A stretch of DNA of 64,000 bases from Bdellovibrionales bacterium (GCA_027317865.1 DAHVQG010000009.1:64001-128000), one strand, 5' to 3'. Shown: positions 20,054-30,640, counted from the first letter of the stretch. A program made the numbers and translations. Notes: a model not told the origin generated them from the sequence alone.

Positions 20054-21307
20054 ATGCCAAAAAAAGAAATAGCGCGGATTATGAGCGGGTTTCAAGAATT
20101 TCGCGAGAAATATTACACGACGAATGATTCGCTATATCGAAAGTTCGCAACCGGCTGGCAAGGACCAAAATCGCTGATCATCGGGTGTTGTGACTCACGT
20201 GTTGATCCCGCAATTATCGCTTCAGCCGGACCAGGCGACCTATTTGTTGTACGAAATGTCGCCAATCTTGTGCCTCCATATGAGCGCGACAGCGGGCATC
20301 ACGGCGTGAGTGCTGCAATCGAGTATGCTGTTTTAAATTTGAAAGTGGAACATGTGATTGTACTCGGGCACAGGCAATGCGGGGGCATTCGCGCGTTGGT
20401 ATTCCCAGAAGAAACTGCGCCGAACGGGTTTGTTCAACAGTGGGTGAAAATGGCGGAGCCAGCCAAACTGCGCGCACTTAATGCGCAAGGTTCGGGGGAC
20501 CGCGATCAATTATGCAGGCGGTGTGAACTTGAAAGCATAAAAATATCAATTGAAAATTTGCGAACATTTCCGTTTGTTGCCGATGCTGTAAAGGCAGGGA
20601 GGCTGTCATTGCTCGGGCTTTATTTTGATATCGAAAAAGGAGAACTGCTGGAACTCAACGAACCGAGCGGCGAGTTTTCGATCATGAAGCCCGACTCGTC
20701 GAGAACAAACGCCGACTGGGATGAGCGTTACAGTCAGAGCGGTTTCTTTTTTGGTACGGAACCCAATGACTTTCTCGTGGAGAACGCCGGCCTGTTTAAA
20801 AAAAATATGCGTGTTCTCTGTTTGGCCGATGGTGAGGGTCGCAATTCAGTTTTCATTGCAAAGCAGGGTTGCCAGGTCACGGCCGTCGATTTTTCTTCGG
20901 TTGCGATTGAAAAGATGAAAGCTTTTGCCAAGAAGAACGGTGTTCAAGTTGAGGGTATTTGCGCCGATTTGAATGATTTTGATCTCGGCACGAAAAAATG
21001 GGACGCCGTCGTTTCAATTTGGTGCCATTTGCCGAGCGTAATTCGTAAAAAACTCCATCAAAGAGTCGTTCAATCGCTCAAACCTTCGGGAATTTATTTG
21101 CTAGAATCGTACACCCCCAATCAAATCGGAAAGGCAACAGGCGGGCCAAAAGATCCGGACATGCTGCTGGATGAAGCAAAGGTTAAAGAAGAACTTGCGC
21201 CGTTAAAAACGGTAAAGCTTATCGAAACCGAGCGAGAAGTACATGAGGGCGCACGGCACAATGGGCTTAGCTCTGTGATTCAGCTCGTGGCGCAAAAGCT
21301 TATCTAA
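20054..21307 (+). CDS. Beta-carbonic anhydrase fused to a class I SAM methyltransferase
   Basis: N-half GCCDSRV, RNVANLV, GHRQCGG; C-half WDERY, VLCLADGEGRNS, GGP (TehB-like family). Confidence 0.85.
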   Translation: MPKKEIARIMSGFQEFREKYYTTNDSLYRKFATGWQGPKSLIIGCCDSRVDPAIIASAGPGDLFVVRNVANLVPPYERDSGHHGVSAAIEYAVLNLKVEHVIVLGHRQCGGIRALVFPEETAPNGFVQQWVKMAEPAKLRALNAQGSGDRDQLCRRCELESIKISIENLRTFPFVADAVKAGRLSLLGLYFDIEKGELLELNEPSGEFSIMKPDSSRTNADWDERYSQSGFFFGTEPNDFLVENAGLFKKNMRVLCLADGEGRNSVFIAKQGCQVTAVDFSSVAIEKMKAFAKKNGVQVEGICADLNDFDLGTKKWDAVVSIWCHLPSVIRKKLHQRVVQSLKPSGIYLLESYTPNQIGKATGGPKDPDMLLDEAKVKEELAPLKTVKLIETEREVHEGARHNGLSSVIQLVAQKLI

Positions 21308-21782
21308 GCACTTTCATTAGCATGGCAACCCGAATGGTGCCACCTTTGGTATCTTGTTGGCCCACTTCGTGAAATCCAATTTTTTGATGAAAATGATACG
21401 ATTGCGGATTCGGTGGAGAGACGTTGACCTCACACATTAAATTTCGAACTCGTTCGATGAAATTCCTTTCGACATTTTCGTAAAGCGATTTGCCAATTCC
21501 GCGACCGTGAGACTTTTCGGCTATTGCAATTCTGTCAATGTAAAGAAAATCAGTATAGCGTTTTTTAAACCATAAGAAATTTTCGCTCCCGTAGTCGCAG
21601 TCGGGGAGCATCCCTACTATAAATCCGAGCACTTCGTTGCCGTCGACAAAAACATCAAAGACGTCGGCTACATCGCAATATTTTTCAAGCCATTTTATAT
21701 CAACCCGACTCACCTTCGGGACGAAGGTTTCGTTGAGCAAAAGGATCTTATCTAGGTCATTTTTTTGCGCGGGCCGAATCAT
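21300..21782 (-). CDS. GNAT family acetyltransferase
   Basis: YGSENFLWF, LYIDRIAI...GRGIG, CEVNVSPPN, FHQKIGF. Confidence 0.85.
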   Translation of the reverse strand: MIRPAQKNDLDKILLLNETFVPKVSRVDIKWLEKYCDVADVFDVFVDGNEVLGFIVGMLPDCDYGSENFLWFKKRYTDFLYIDRIAIAEKSHGRGIGKSLYENVERNFIERVRNLMCEVNVSPPNPQSYHFHQKIGFHEVGQQDTKGGTIRVAMLMKVLR

Positions 21783-22107
21783 GACTCTGTTATTGTACAT
21801 TAGACATCATTGATTTCAAGTTGTGTTCGGGTCGCGGTAGTCGTTACAAGCGAGACCGTCAAACATCGATTTTGCTGTGTCGAATCCTAAGAAACTTAAG
21901 CTCGCAAATCGCGTGTACTTGTAACAATTCGCCAGTTTTATGACCTTACAAAACGCCGCAATTACAATTCCTTTTAGATTCTATAACCGCAATCGGCGAA
22001 AGCGTTCAACAATACAGCATTTTGAATATTATTCGTATTTGCAAAACAACCTAAATGTGAGACCACTAAGCTCAAGCCACAAAAATGGATAAGGTGGGGG
22101 ATACCAA

Positions 22108-22884
22108 ATGAATAAAGAAAATTTGAGTTGCATCACTATTTTGACCGTTTGGTTGACCGTTGTAGGTTTTTTCGTTTGCGGATCAACGCTATTTGCTCAA
22201 GACGCCACATGGACAGAAATTCAAGGGCCGGACACAACCTTGGCGACTGACGTAGAGGCCGGCTTCCCAAATGGTTGCGGGATCGTATCAATGCTCTATG
22301 CCATGAAGTTTGGCCCGCCTTCATGGCGCGCAGATTACAATTCGATTGCCGGCAAAACTGACCTTGCAAAAATTCAAACTCTCGCCAAGCAATTTGGTAG
22401 TGAACCTTCGAAATACGAACGGGCTGTGTACAATAGAAATATGCCGGCGTTTACAGCGTCAAAAGGCACGAACGTCGGTGATTTACCGTGGATGTTTCAG
22501 TCTTTGGTTCATGGTCCCCTTCCGCTCAATCAGGTTTTTCTAGCAAAACTCGATCCGAACGGTAACACCGGTCGACTTCTCGCTGAAAAATTCCATAGTG
22601 AAGTAGTTGCAAGTCTTAAGCGCGGCGAACCTGTCATTATGACTGCGTTTATCCAGTTTACCGTCCACGAGATTGTAATCATTGGCATTCAAAATGCTGT
22701 TGATCAACAGGGGACTTTCAAAGTGGAGGTTCTTGATCCTGCTACAGGAGAAGAATCAACGGGAACAGTCAGTAGCGGTTTTTCGTTTATTACTGGCCAC
22801 CCCGGAACAGGATTGAATTTCAGCTATGATTCGGTATGGGTTCCATCGGGCCAAATATTTGGCATCACGGTCGAACCGAAATAG
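22108..22884 (+). CDS. Secreted papain-like (C39-like) peptidase
   Basis: NGCGIVSMLY (Cys), GEPVIM, HEIVIIG (His), VLDP (Asp). Confidence 0.6.
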   Translation: MNKENLSCITILTVWLTVVGFFVCGSTLFAQDATWTEIQGPDTTLATDVEAGFPNGCGIVSMLYAMKFGPPSWRADYNSIAGKTDLAKIQTLAKQFGSEPSKYERAVYNRNMPAFTASKGTNVGDLPWMFQSLVHGPLPLNQVFLAKLDPNGNTGRLLAEKFHSEVVASLKRGEPVIMTAFIQFTVHEIVIIGIQNAVDQQGTFKVEVLDPATGEESTGTVSSGFSFITGHPGTGLNFSYDSVWVPSGQIFGITVEPK

Positions 22885-22907
22885 CTTAAAACCGTAGGGG
22901 TTGAGGA

Positions 22908-24065
22908 ATGGGTAGGCGACAATATACTATTACAAATTTAATTTTATTTATCGGTAGCCTATTCGCGCTCTCTTTCACGGTTCAAGCTAAAGCGCAAAAC
23001 ATGAACCAAATCCCGGTTTACATGGATAAAGTCAAAACAAACTCGCCGATGGTTTCAATCACGATATGTGAACCCGGTACGAATCACTGCCAAACAATTA
23101 ATCGGATATCACTCGACACTGGCAGCATTGGTCTTCGGCTGAACGCATCTGTGCTAAAATTGAAATTGCCTTACGTCACGAACCAGCAAGGTGGTCACGT
23201 TGACGAGTGCGTGGATTTCGGGGGCGGAAGTACCTATGCCGGGCCAATTCAGTATGCCGACGTTCGCGTTGGTGGCCTTGTCGCCAAGAAATTAAGAATT
23301 CAGTTTTACAATGACAAAGTCGACCTTGGAGGTCAGGGCGGTTATGGGGGTTGCGAATCAACCGCCACAAGTAATGGTATTTTAGGTATTGGCCCGCTTG
23401 ATAAGTATGAATGTCCATCATCTGTTGGTAGTTGTCCGACTTATTTCTTGTGTAAAGAGGGATCTCTGGAGTGCTCGCCGCTTTCACAATTGCCCCCGCA
23501 TGTCGCGCTAGATAATCCGATTTATAACCTTGAATCGAATAACAACGGATTTATGTTGAGTTTTCCCAAGCTGAATCAGCCCATCAATGGACCGATTACC
23601 GGTAAATTAACATTTGGTGTTGGGTTTCAACAGGACAACTCGATTCCAAAGAAAGATCAAATTTTCGGCTTGAATAAGGGCGGCTTTTTACCCGTCGTAT
23701 TTCCCAACCAATTACATTCAACGTTGTTGTTTGATACGGGTGTAATGGACTATTTCTTCCCCGCCAATCCGGGCAATGTTACACCTTGTGACAATAATTC
23801 GCCGCTTTTGTATCTGTTGTGTCCAACTAAACCAGTGAACGTTTCACTGCAAATCGGCGCCACCTCGCCATACCGTTCTATAAGTATGGTCCTCGGTAAC
23901 CCGCATCCAAGGTTAACTCTCAATCCTTATTTAGCTGTTGTGGTCAGGAGATATAACGCCACTCTTCTCGGCATGCCTTATTTCTACGGTCACCAAATTT
24001 ACTTTGGCTTGCCTGACGTGAGCGGCAAAAAATATCCCAACGGATTTGTCGCCATCCATATGTGA
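22908..24065 (+). CDS. DUF3443-like secreted protein (pepsin-like fold)
   Basis: PMVSITICEPGT..CQTI, LDTGSIGLR, NGILGIG, FDTG, LGMPYFYG. Confidence 0.8.
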   Translation: MGRRQYTITNLILFIGSLFALSFTVQAKAQNMNQIPVYMDKVKTNSPMVSITICEPGTNHCQTINRISLDTGSIGLRLNASVLKLKLPYVTNQQGGHVDECVDFGGGSTYAGPIQYADVRVGGLVAKKLRIQFYNDKVDLGGQGGYGGCESTATSNGILGIGPLDKYECPSSVGSCPTYFLCKEGSLECSPLSQLPPHVALDNPIYNLESNNNGFMLSFPKLNQPINGPITGKLTFGVGFQQDNSIPKKDQIFGLNKGGFLPVVFPNQLHSTLLFDTGVMDYFFPANPGNVTPCDNNSPLLYLLCPTKPVNVSLQIGATSPYRSISMVLGNPHPRLTLNPYLAVVVRRYNATLLGMPYFYGHQIYFGLPDVSGKKYPNGFVAIHM

Positions 24066-24086
24066 CATTGGATACCAACGCGAGTC

Positions 24087-25082
24087 TTACAAGCTCTGCA
24101 AATAGTTGGCGACGTCTTTCACTTGCGATCCGGTTAGGTTTTTACTGAACGTCGGCATAACCGTTGCTTCAGCTCTTTGACCGTTGTCAAATGCGGCAAA
24201 CTGATTCGCGATGTAACCCGCATTTTGGCCCGCTAGTCGTGGAGCGAATGAGTTGCCCATTGCATTATTGCCGTGGCACGATTCGCACGCCGGTACACCC
24301 GCGCTAGGCAAACCATTTTGAAATATAGATTTGCCACGCTTTATACTTGCGGCGTCGGTCGGTGTAACATTTGCTATAGCCGGTTGCTGACTGAAATATT
24401 GAGCGAGCAACTGAATTTGTTGATCGCTGAGCGGTTTGGCGATGCTCCACATAAAGGTTTGTGCATTAGGGTCTGAACGTTGGTGATCGCGAAAAGCACC
24501 CAGCTCCTTAATCAAATAGCTTTTATGTTGGCCGGCAAGACGCGGAAAAATCGGCGAAGTAGGATTGCCGTTATTGCTGTGACAACTGAAACATTCGGTA
24601 TTCAACAAAGTGCCGATCGAACTATATTCTGGCGGCAACGGCTTTTGCCCTGGCGCAGGAGCAGGCGTTGGAGTCGGAGTTGGCGTTGGCGAAGGATTTG
24701 GCATTGGTGACGGCGCCGCTGACGGGTTACCTTCCGGTGCGCCGTTTTGAATCCAATCTCCGATTAATGCGCGTTCAGCGGGTGTTATCGCGATCGACTC
24801 CGGGCTCCCTTGAAGCGGCATAGTATGATTCACAACGACCTTTCGATAAATTAACGCTCGCAATGAAAAGGCGGTCTGGTAGTCTTGCCAATTCGGTATA
24901 GCCGCGCCCGGATGGTGACAGGCTCCGCAGCGACGAATGAATATGCTTTTAATATTCCCGTAATATGTCAGGTGCGCGGCAGACATACCACCGGCTCCTT
25001 TAGCAAGAACCAAATGTGGACCTTTGCCACAACCAACGAAAAATAGTGACAATAGCAGCACGAAACCTTCTATTTTTTTCAT
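24087..25082 (-). CDS. Tri-heme c-type cytochrome lipoprotein (c4-like diheme plus extra heme domain)
   Basis: Lipobox FVGC; CGACH, CFSCH, CESCH; PRLAGQ twice; Pro/Thr linker. Confidence 0.85.
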   Translation of the reverse strand: MKKIEGFVLLLSLFFVGCGKGPHLVLAKGAGGMSAAHLTYYGNIKSIFIRRCGACHHPGAAIPNWQDYQTAFSLRALIYRKVVVNHTMPLQGSPESIAITPAERALIGDWIQNGAPEGNPSAAPSPMPNPSPTPTPTPTPAPAPGQKPLPPEYSSIGTLLNTECFSCHSNNGNPTSPIFPRLAGQHKSYLIKELGAFRDHQRSDPNAQTFMWSIAKPLSDQQIQLLAQYFSQQPAIANVTPTDAASIKRGKSIFQNGLPSAGVPACESCHGNNAMGNSFAPRLAGQNAGYIANQFAAFDNGQRAEATVMPTFSKNLTGSQVKDVANYLQSL

Positions 25083-25124
25083 ATCACCCTCGACCCGGTA
25101 AAACGCGTTTTTAAGCCTCGATCT

Positions 25125-25140
25125 AGCAATGGGTATGCCA
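25125..25140 (-). promoter_or_regulatory. Sigma54 promoter of the cytochrome gene
   Basis: Minus strand TGGCATACCCATTGCT (GG-N10-GC). Confidence 0.65.
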
Positions 25141-25289
25141 GGAGTTACCGTGCCTCATCGCGTACTAAAACGGCTCGCGGATCGATGTCCTCAGAAGATT
25201 GGGACAATTTGCCGGGCACCCAAGCCAATACGTCATTCCATTAACCTTACCGCAATCCGCATGGGTCAAAATCGGCGGGGGTTCGAGGG

Positions 25290-26054
25290 GTGTCGCGTTT
25301 TATCTACGTATTTTCACTATTCAGTCTTTTCTTACTCGGTTGCGGGCGCAAATTTAATTCAGGTGTTCAAAGCCCAACAGCGAGTCAAAGCCAAGCGCCG
25401 GCTTTCCCAACTTATCCGGCACGCCCGTCGAGTGCACCAAATATTACGGTGTGTCCGCAAAACGGCGTCACAAGCGGCGTCGATGTATCGGAATATGATC
25501 CTGGCACACAGTGGACCGTATTTCGTAATAGCGGTTCGCGTTTTGCTTTTATTAAAGCCACTGAAGGTACAGATATAAAAAATCAGATTTTTAATTCTGA
25601 ATGGACGGCGGCACTCAGCGCAGGCGTAATTCGCGGCGCCTATCATTTTTTTCACCCTGGCGAGGACCCTGTCGCGCAAGCGCAGTTTTTCCTAGCGACT
25701 GTCGGCACTTTAACAGCGTCAGATCTGCCACCCGTTCTTGATTGGGAAGTCACGGATGGGGTAAGTACCGCTGAGCAAATAAAAAACGCGCTGACTTGGT
25801 TACAGCTCGTACAGGCGCAAACGGGCCGTACGCCGGCTGTATATGTGAATCCGTCATTTTGGAATCAGCTCGGTAATCCACAACAATTTGCGAAGTATCC
25901 GCTCTACATCGCCAACTATAACACCACATGCCCGACAGTTCCGCCGCCGTGGAGCACGTGGACGTTTTGGCAAAGCGGAATCGGCGCGGTACCTGGGTTG
26001 CAATCGCCTTATGCCGATATTGACGTATTTAACGGACCCGCAAGCGCACTTTAA
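25290..26054 (+). CDS. GH25 family lysozyme (muramidase), lipoprotein
   Basis: LLGC lipobox; GVDVS, FIKATEG, GAYHFF, LPPVLDWE, WTFWQ, DIDVFNG. Confidence 0.9.
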   Translation: MSRFIYVFSLFSLFLLGCGRKFNSGVQSPTASQSQAPAFPTYPARPSSAPNITVCPQNGVTSGVDVSEYDPGTQWTVFRNSGSRFAFIKATEGTDIKNQIFNSEWTAALSAGVIRGAYHFFHPGEDPVAQAQFFLATVGTLTASDLPPVLDWEVTDGVSTAEQIKNALTWLQLVQAQTGRTPAVYVNPSFWNQLGNPQQFAKYPLYIANYNTTCPTVPPPWSTWTFWQSGIGAVPGLQSPYADIDVFNGPASAL

Positions 26055-26078
26055 AGCACTCGGTGACCAATTCAAAGT

Positions 26079-26927
26079 TTAAATTCGCTCCGGATTGGAC
26101 CAATGAAAAAGTAAAACCAATAGGGTTGCCACGTAGGGGATGGCCTGAAAAAACTGAATTGGAAACGGGCTATTAAACCCTTGCAGAAAAATTTGGGCCG
26201 CATCGAAAAAGCCGAATAGAACGGCAATAAGGAGCGTCTCCGTCCAGCGCCAACGGGCAAAAATAAGCGCCGCAAGCGCGATGAATCCACGACCGGCACT
26301 CATCATTGGCGAATAATTCGATGCCAAATACGTACTTAAAAAACATCCGCCGCTTGCAGCAATCGCGCCGCAAAGCGCGAGACAGACGAGCCGAACTCGC
26401 GAAAGTGAATAACCTGAAGATGCGATCGCCGCCGGTTTTTCACCCGCAAATCGAACAAGCACGCCAAAACCGGTTTTGTTGAACACGAATAGGCCGCCAA
26501 AAAAAATAATTCCCAACCATAAAAACGGAAATATATGCCACTGTAACTGAGGCGGTAAAAACGGCGTCGGCCCGGTTGACCCGAATAAAAGCTTAGTCAC
26601 ATAGGGCGCCACGCCGGCGACGAGAAGATTAAAAACGAGCCCCACAAGAATCGCGTTCAGCTCGAGAGTTTCAGAAAGCAAGAAAAAAAACATGCCCGAA
26701 AAAGCTCCGACGACTAGTGTTAAAATAAATGCAGGAGCTAACGCGTGGAATAAGTCGGCAAATGTCGCGCCGGTTAAAGCACCCAACAATAAAAAACCTT
26801 CAAGACCAACCTGTGGAACACCGCTTTTTTCGCTCCAAAAACCCGCCAATGCCGCAAGCGCAAGCGGCAACGAAATTCTCGCGACACTCATAATAAAATC
26901 GACAAGCAAATGCGAATTGCCGAACAT
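26079..26927 (-). CDS. Nucleoside/sugar ABC transporter permease
   Basis: SEKSG..VGLEG, GEKP, AGRGFIALAALIF, AIPYV. Confidence 0.9.
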   Translation of the reverse strand: MFGNSHLLVDFIMSVARISLPLALAALAGFWSEKSGVPQVGLEGFLLLGALTGATFADLFHALAPAFILTLVVGAFSGMFFFLLSETLELNAILVGLVFNLLVAGVAPYVTKLLFGSTGPTPFLPPQLQWHIFPFLWLGIIFFGGLFVFNKTGFGVLVRFAGEKPAAIASSGYSLSRVRLVCLALCGAIAASGGCFLSTYLASNYSPMMSAGRGFIALAALIFARWRWTETLLIAVLFGFFDAAQIFLQGFNSPFPIQFFQAIPYVATLLVLLFHWSNPERI

Positions 26928-27964
26928 TACTGACCCCTCGCGTTTGCCGCAGCTCGAATTTTTTCTCGCTGCTTCTGTAAAACTAAAAACGTCAGAATCA
27001 AAACCGCTTGAATAATTTTAACGAAATCGCGGGTAATAAAATTTGTTTCAATATCAAGGCCTGGCGCACCATTGAGCAAAATGGCAAAAAACAAAGAATT
27101 CGGAATCACGGCAAGTGGATTGTTGCGTGCCATGAGTGCAACGGCGATAGCAAGAAAACCGTAATCGGCAGAAAATCCTATTTGATATTTGTGGGCGTAG
27201 CCCAAAATTTGATTCCACGCTCCAAACCCGGCCAAAAGCGCCGAGAGCCCGAGAACAAGAAAATATATTTTGTTAATTGAAATTCCGGAATTTCGCGCAA
27301 CGCCGACGCTTTTACCGACGGTCCGAATTTCAAAACCGGGACGCGTCTTCATCATGAAATACCATGTGCCGATGCAAACCAATACCGCGATAAAAAATGT
27401 CGTATTGGCAGGGGAGCTGCCAGAGTGGAAAATCGGGCCAAACAACCAATATTTTGCTGCTATTTTCGCTGTCTCAGGATTTTGCGAAACTTGGCTTTGA
27501 AAATGGTGCGAGATCATGTAGTCGGCAAACGCCGCGACAATGAAATTGAGCATCATGCTCGTAATCACTTCGTGGGCATTTTTTCGGCATTTGAAATAGC
27601 CGACGATAAGACCCAACAAAAGACTCGAACCAAGGCCGACGAAAAGCACAATCACAACACTGAAAAAAGACGGCGGCAGCATCAATGCAACGATTGTAGT
27701 CATCAGACACGCAAGCGACAATTGCCCTTCTGCGCCGATCGGGAATAACCCGGCTTCAAACGCCAAACAAAGACCCGCGGCGCAAAACATCAAGTGAGTC
27801 GCGTAAAATAAAGTCACCGAAAGGTCGTAACGATCGCCGAGTGATGTATTCAGTAAAATCTCAATAACACGTAAAGGCGTTTCGTGCCCCACAAGACATA
27901 GTATGGCGATCACGCCAAGGCCGACCGCAATTGATAAACCATATCGTATGATTGCGGATTTCAT
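26927..27964 (-). CDS. Nucleoside/sugar ABC transporter permease
   Basis: AGLFPIGAEGQ, HEVITSMMLNF, GFLAIAVALMARNNP; ATGA overlap with the ATPase. Confidence 0.9.
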   Translation of the reverse strand: MKSAIIRYGLSIAVGLGVIAILCLVGHETPLRVIEILLNTSLGDRYDLSVTLFYATHLMFCAAGLCLAFEAGLFPIGAEGQLSLACLMTTIVALMLPPSFFSVVIVLFVGLGSSLLLGLIVGYFKCRKNAHEVITSMMLNFIVAAFADYMISHHFQSQVSQNPETAKIAAKYWLFGPIFHSGSSPANTTFFIAVLVCIGTWYFMMKTRPGFEIRTVGKSVGVARNSGISINKIYFLVLGLSALLAGFGAWNQILGYAHKYQIGFSADYGFLAIAVALMARNNPLAVIPNSLFFAILLNGAPGLDIETNFITRDFVKIIQAVLILTFLVLQKQREKIRAAANARGQ

Positions 27965-29568
27965 GTCGAACCTTTCATGCCATTCGTGGTTTGCAGCGCG
28001 CGACCGGCCATTTCTTCGCCGATCACTTCGCGTCGAAATGGACGGCAAAATTCACGCGTCATTTGGCCCTTAAAAAAGATGAAAATCCGGTCGGCAAGAT
28101 CGCACACTTCGTCCAGATCGGACGAAAGAAAAATCACGCTTTTGTGATCTGCACACAATTCACGAAATATTTCGTGAATGCGCTTAGCTGCGGCAAAATC
28201 CACTCCGCGAGTAGGATGAGCGGCAATAAGCAGTTTGGGGGCGTGACTTGTCTCGCGTGCAACCACCCATTTCTGTTGATTGCCACCGGAATAGCCGGAG
28301 ATGCTAAGATTAAGACGTGGCGGCCGGATGTCGAACCTTTTTTGCGCAAGCTTAAGCATATCAGTAGATACGGGCGTCAGACTAAATTTCGGCCGATGAT
28401 GCGGTAACAATCGAAAATGTTCCGACAAATTATAGTCGGCGATTGCGGACTGGTTAAGCCGGTCTTCGCCGATCCATCCGATGGACATTTGGCGTATATC
28501 GACGTGATTTACGTTGGCTCGGCCGTCATCCACAATCGCTCGCCCCAGCAGATCAAGCCGGCCACGAGATACAAATGAATCTCTTTTTTGATTGCTTTTG
28601 CGGCACAATTCCGGAAATAAAATGCCATTTAAAAGTTCCGTTTGGCCGTTACCTTCGACACCGGCAAAAGCCACGATTTCACCCTCATTCACGGTTAAAT
28701 TAATATCTCGAAGCGGCATTCGCAAGGCCGGGTGTACAAGCGAAAAATTGTGAACATGAAGAACGGGCTTTGCTTTCTTAACTGCAGTTTTAGATAGGCC
28801 TTCCGACTGATCTGTAATTGTGTCTTTGATATTCAAAAGGTTTGCGTCACCAACCATATAGCGGGCAAGCTCGTTGGCCGTTTGCTCCCGAACTGGTCCG
28901 TGAAATTTGATTTCTCCATGCCGTAAAACAGTGACCTCATCAGCGTAACTCATAACTTCTTGGAGCTTATGCGTAACAATCACAACACTGGTCGGTTTGT
29001 TTTTTAATTTCTCGACGAGGTTGTAAAACTCGCGAACTTCACTTGGCGGCAGAACAGCAGTCGGCTCGTCAAAAAATAAAATTTGCGGGTCAAAAAGTAG
29101 CGTTTTTAAAATTTCTAATTTCTGCTTTTGAATAACAGATAAGCCTCGCACCAATGTGTTGAGCGGAATCTTCAATTGCAAAAGATTTTGAAGCTCCCGA
29201 ATTTTTTCGGAATATTGACTATAGGGGCCAACCCACCAATTTTTTTTGCGTGAGTTAATTTCAAGTTGAATATGGTCTTTTACAGTAAGGTTTTCGGCCA
29301 GCATAAAATGTTGGTGAACCATAGCGATCTGAAGCGATTTCGCGATTTGTGGAGATTTGATTTGAATAAGCTCTCCACGATATAAAATTTCGCCAGAGTG
29401 GGGCTTTTCTAACCCAAATAGCATTTTCATGAGCGTCGACTTGCCGGCTCCGTTTTCGCCAATTACGGCGTGAACTCGCCCCAGGTAAAAATCAATATTC
29501 ACGTCCCGATTGGCGTATTCGACCCCATAAATCTTGCTTAAATTACGTGTCGATAAAATCGGTGTCAT
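27961..29568 (-). CDS. Nucleoside/sugar ABC transporter ATP-binding protein (two ABC domains)
   Basis: GENGAGKST, FDEPT, SGGNQQK, PTRGVD. Confidence 0.92.
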   Translation of the reverse strand: MTPILSTRNLSKIYGVEYANRDVNIDFYLGRVHAVIGENGAGKSTLMKMLFGLEKPHSGEILYRGELIQIKSPQIAKSLQIAMVHQHFMLAENLTVKDHIQLEINSRKKNWWVGPYSQYSEKIRELQNLLQLKIPLNTLVRGLSVIQKQKLEILKTLLFDPQILFFDEPTAVLPPSEVREFYNLVEKLKNKPTSVVIVTHKLQEVMSYADEVTVLRHGEIKFHGPVREQTANELARYMVGDANLLNIKDTITDQSEGLSKTAVKKAKPVLHVHNFSLVHPALRMPLRDINLTVNEGEIVAFAGVEGNGQTELLNGILFPELCRKSNQKRDSFVSRGRLDLLGRAIVDDGRANVNHVDIRQMSIGWIGEDRLNQSAIADYNLSEHFRLLPHHRPKFSLTPVSTDMLKLAQKRFDIRPPRLNLSISGYSGGNQQKWVVARETSHAPKLLIAAHPTRGVDFAAAKRIHEIFRELCADHKSVIFLSSDLDEVCDLADRIFIFFKGQMTREFCRPFRREVIGEEMAGRALQTTNGMKGST

Positions 29569-30608
29569 CTATGGCTCATTTTGTAATAGTCTGGAACAAC
29601 GATTTTGCCAGAGATGATTTCGCGTTTGAGACGATTCAAGTAGGCGATGGACTTTTGATCGATCAAATTTTTGTTGTATTGATCGAGCGCAAAATCGATA
29701 CCTCCGTTTTTGAGCCCCCAATGTTCAATTCCGCCCTTAAATTTTCCGTTCTTTTGCTGTTTGATCGCAGCATATACCGCCGTATCGACGTGTTTCACAA
29801 GACTTGTCAAAATATATCCCGGCTTCATCCAATCTTGGTCTGAATCACAGCCGATCGCCAAACGGTGCGCTTCAACAGCGGCATCAAAAACACCTGTACT
29901 CGATTCGCCGGCCGCTACAAAAATAATATCTGCACCTTTACTGTAAAGAGACAGGGCGATTTCTTTTGCCCGTGAAGGGTTCGTCCATGCATCGGAAGTC
30001 ATGCCGATATATTCGGAAAGCACTTTGGTTTTTTTCGAATACTTGTGCGCCCCGGCGACGTAACCCATTTGAAACCGGCGAATAAGTGGAATATCCATGC
30101 CACCGATAAACCCAATAATATGTGTTTTCGACATTCGCGAAGCGAGGGCCCCAACCAAGTATGAGCCTTCTTGTTCTTCAAATAAAATCGATTTAACGTT
30201 GGGGAGGTTCACTTCGCCGTCGACGATGGCGAAGTGTTGCTTCGGAAATTCTTTTGCCACGTGTTCGAGACCGCCGGCCTGGCCAAAGCCGATGGCGATG
30301 ATCAAACCGAAGTGCCTTTGCGCTAGCGCCCGCTGCATTGATTCGTATGCCAAAATATTTGGCGCTTCGACATATTTTAAATAAATGCCAAGATCATGCT
30401 TGGCCTTGATGGCGCCACGATATGCGGACTCATTAAACGAATTGTCGTTTTTGCCGCCACGATCGAGAATCAGCGCAATGCGTACCCTTTTTTTACCTGA
30501 TTTTGAAATGCGGTTGTGCGGTTTGGTTTTAAAACAACCGGCTGTTGTCAAAATAGTAGTTAAACCAACCGCGACACAAAAAAATCGAAATGACACGCCC
30601 GCCCTCAT
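29565..30608 (-). CDS. BMP family ABC substrate-binding lipoprotein (purine nucleoside type)
   Basis: TAGC lipobox, GGKNDNSFNESAYRG, GFIGGMD, GADIIF, AIGCDSDQ. Confidence 0.9.
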   Translation of the reverse strand: MRAGVSFRFFCVAVGLTTILTTAGCFKTKPHNRISKSGKKRVRIALILDRGGKNDNSFNESAYRGAIKAKHDLGIYLKYVEAPNILAYESMQRALAQRHFGLIIAIGFGQAGGLEHVAKEFPKQHFAIVDGEVNLPNVKSILFEEQEGSYLVGALASRMSKTHIIGFIGGMDIPLIRRFQMGYVAGAHKYSKKTKVLSEYIGMTSDAWTNPSRAKEIALSLYSKGADIIFVAAGESSTGVFDAAVEAHRLAIGCDSDQDWMKPGYILTSLVKHVDTAVYAAIKQQKNGKFKGGIEHWGLKNGGIDFALDQYNKNLIDQKSIAYLNRLKREIISGKIVVPDYYKMSHR

Positions 30609-30640
30609 GTGCGCAGTCTACTCGCAAAGAGCTGCGAGAT

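Noticed and set aside
24650-24720. Short tandem repeats
   Set aside because: They encode the Pro/Thr linker of the cytochrome, not a DNA repeat element
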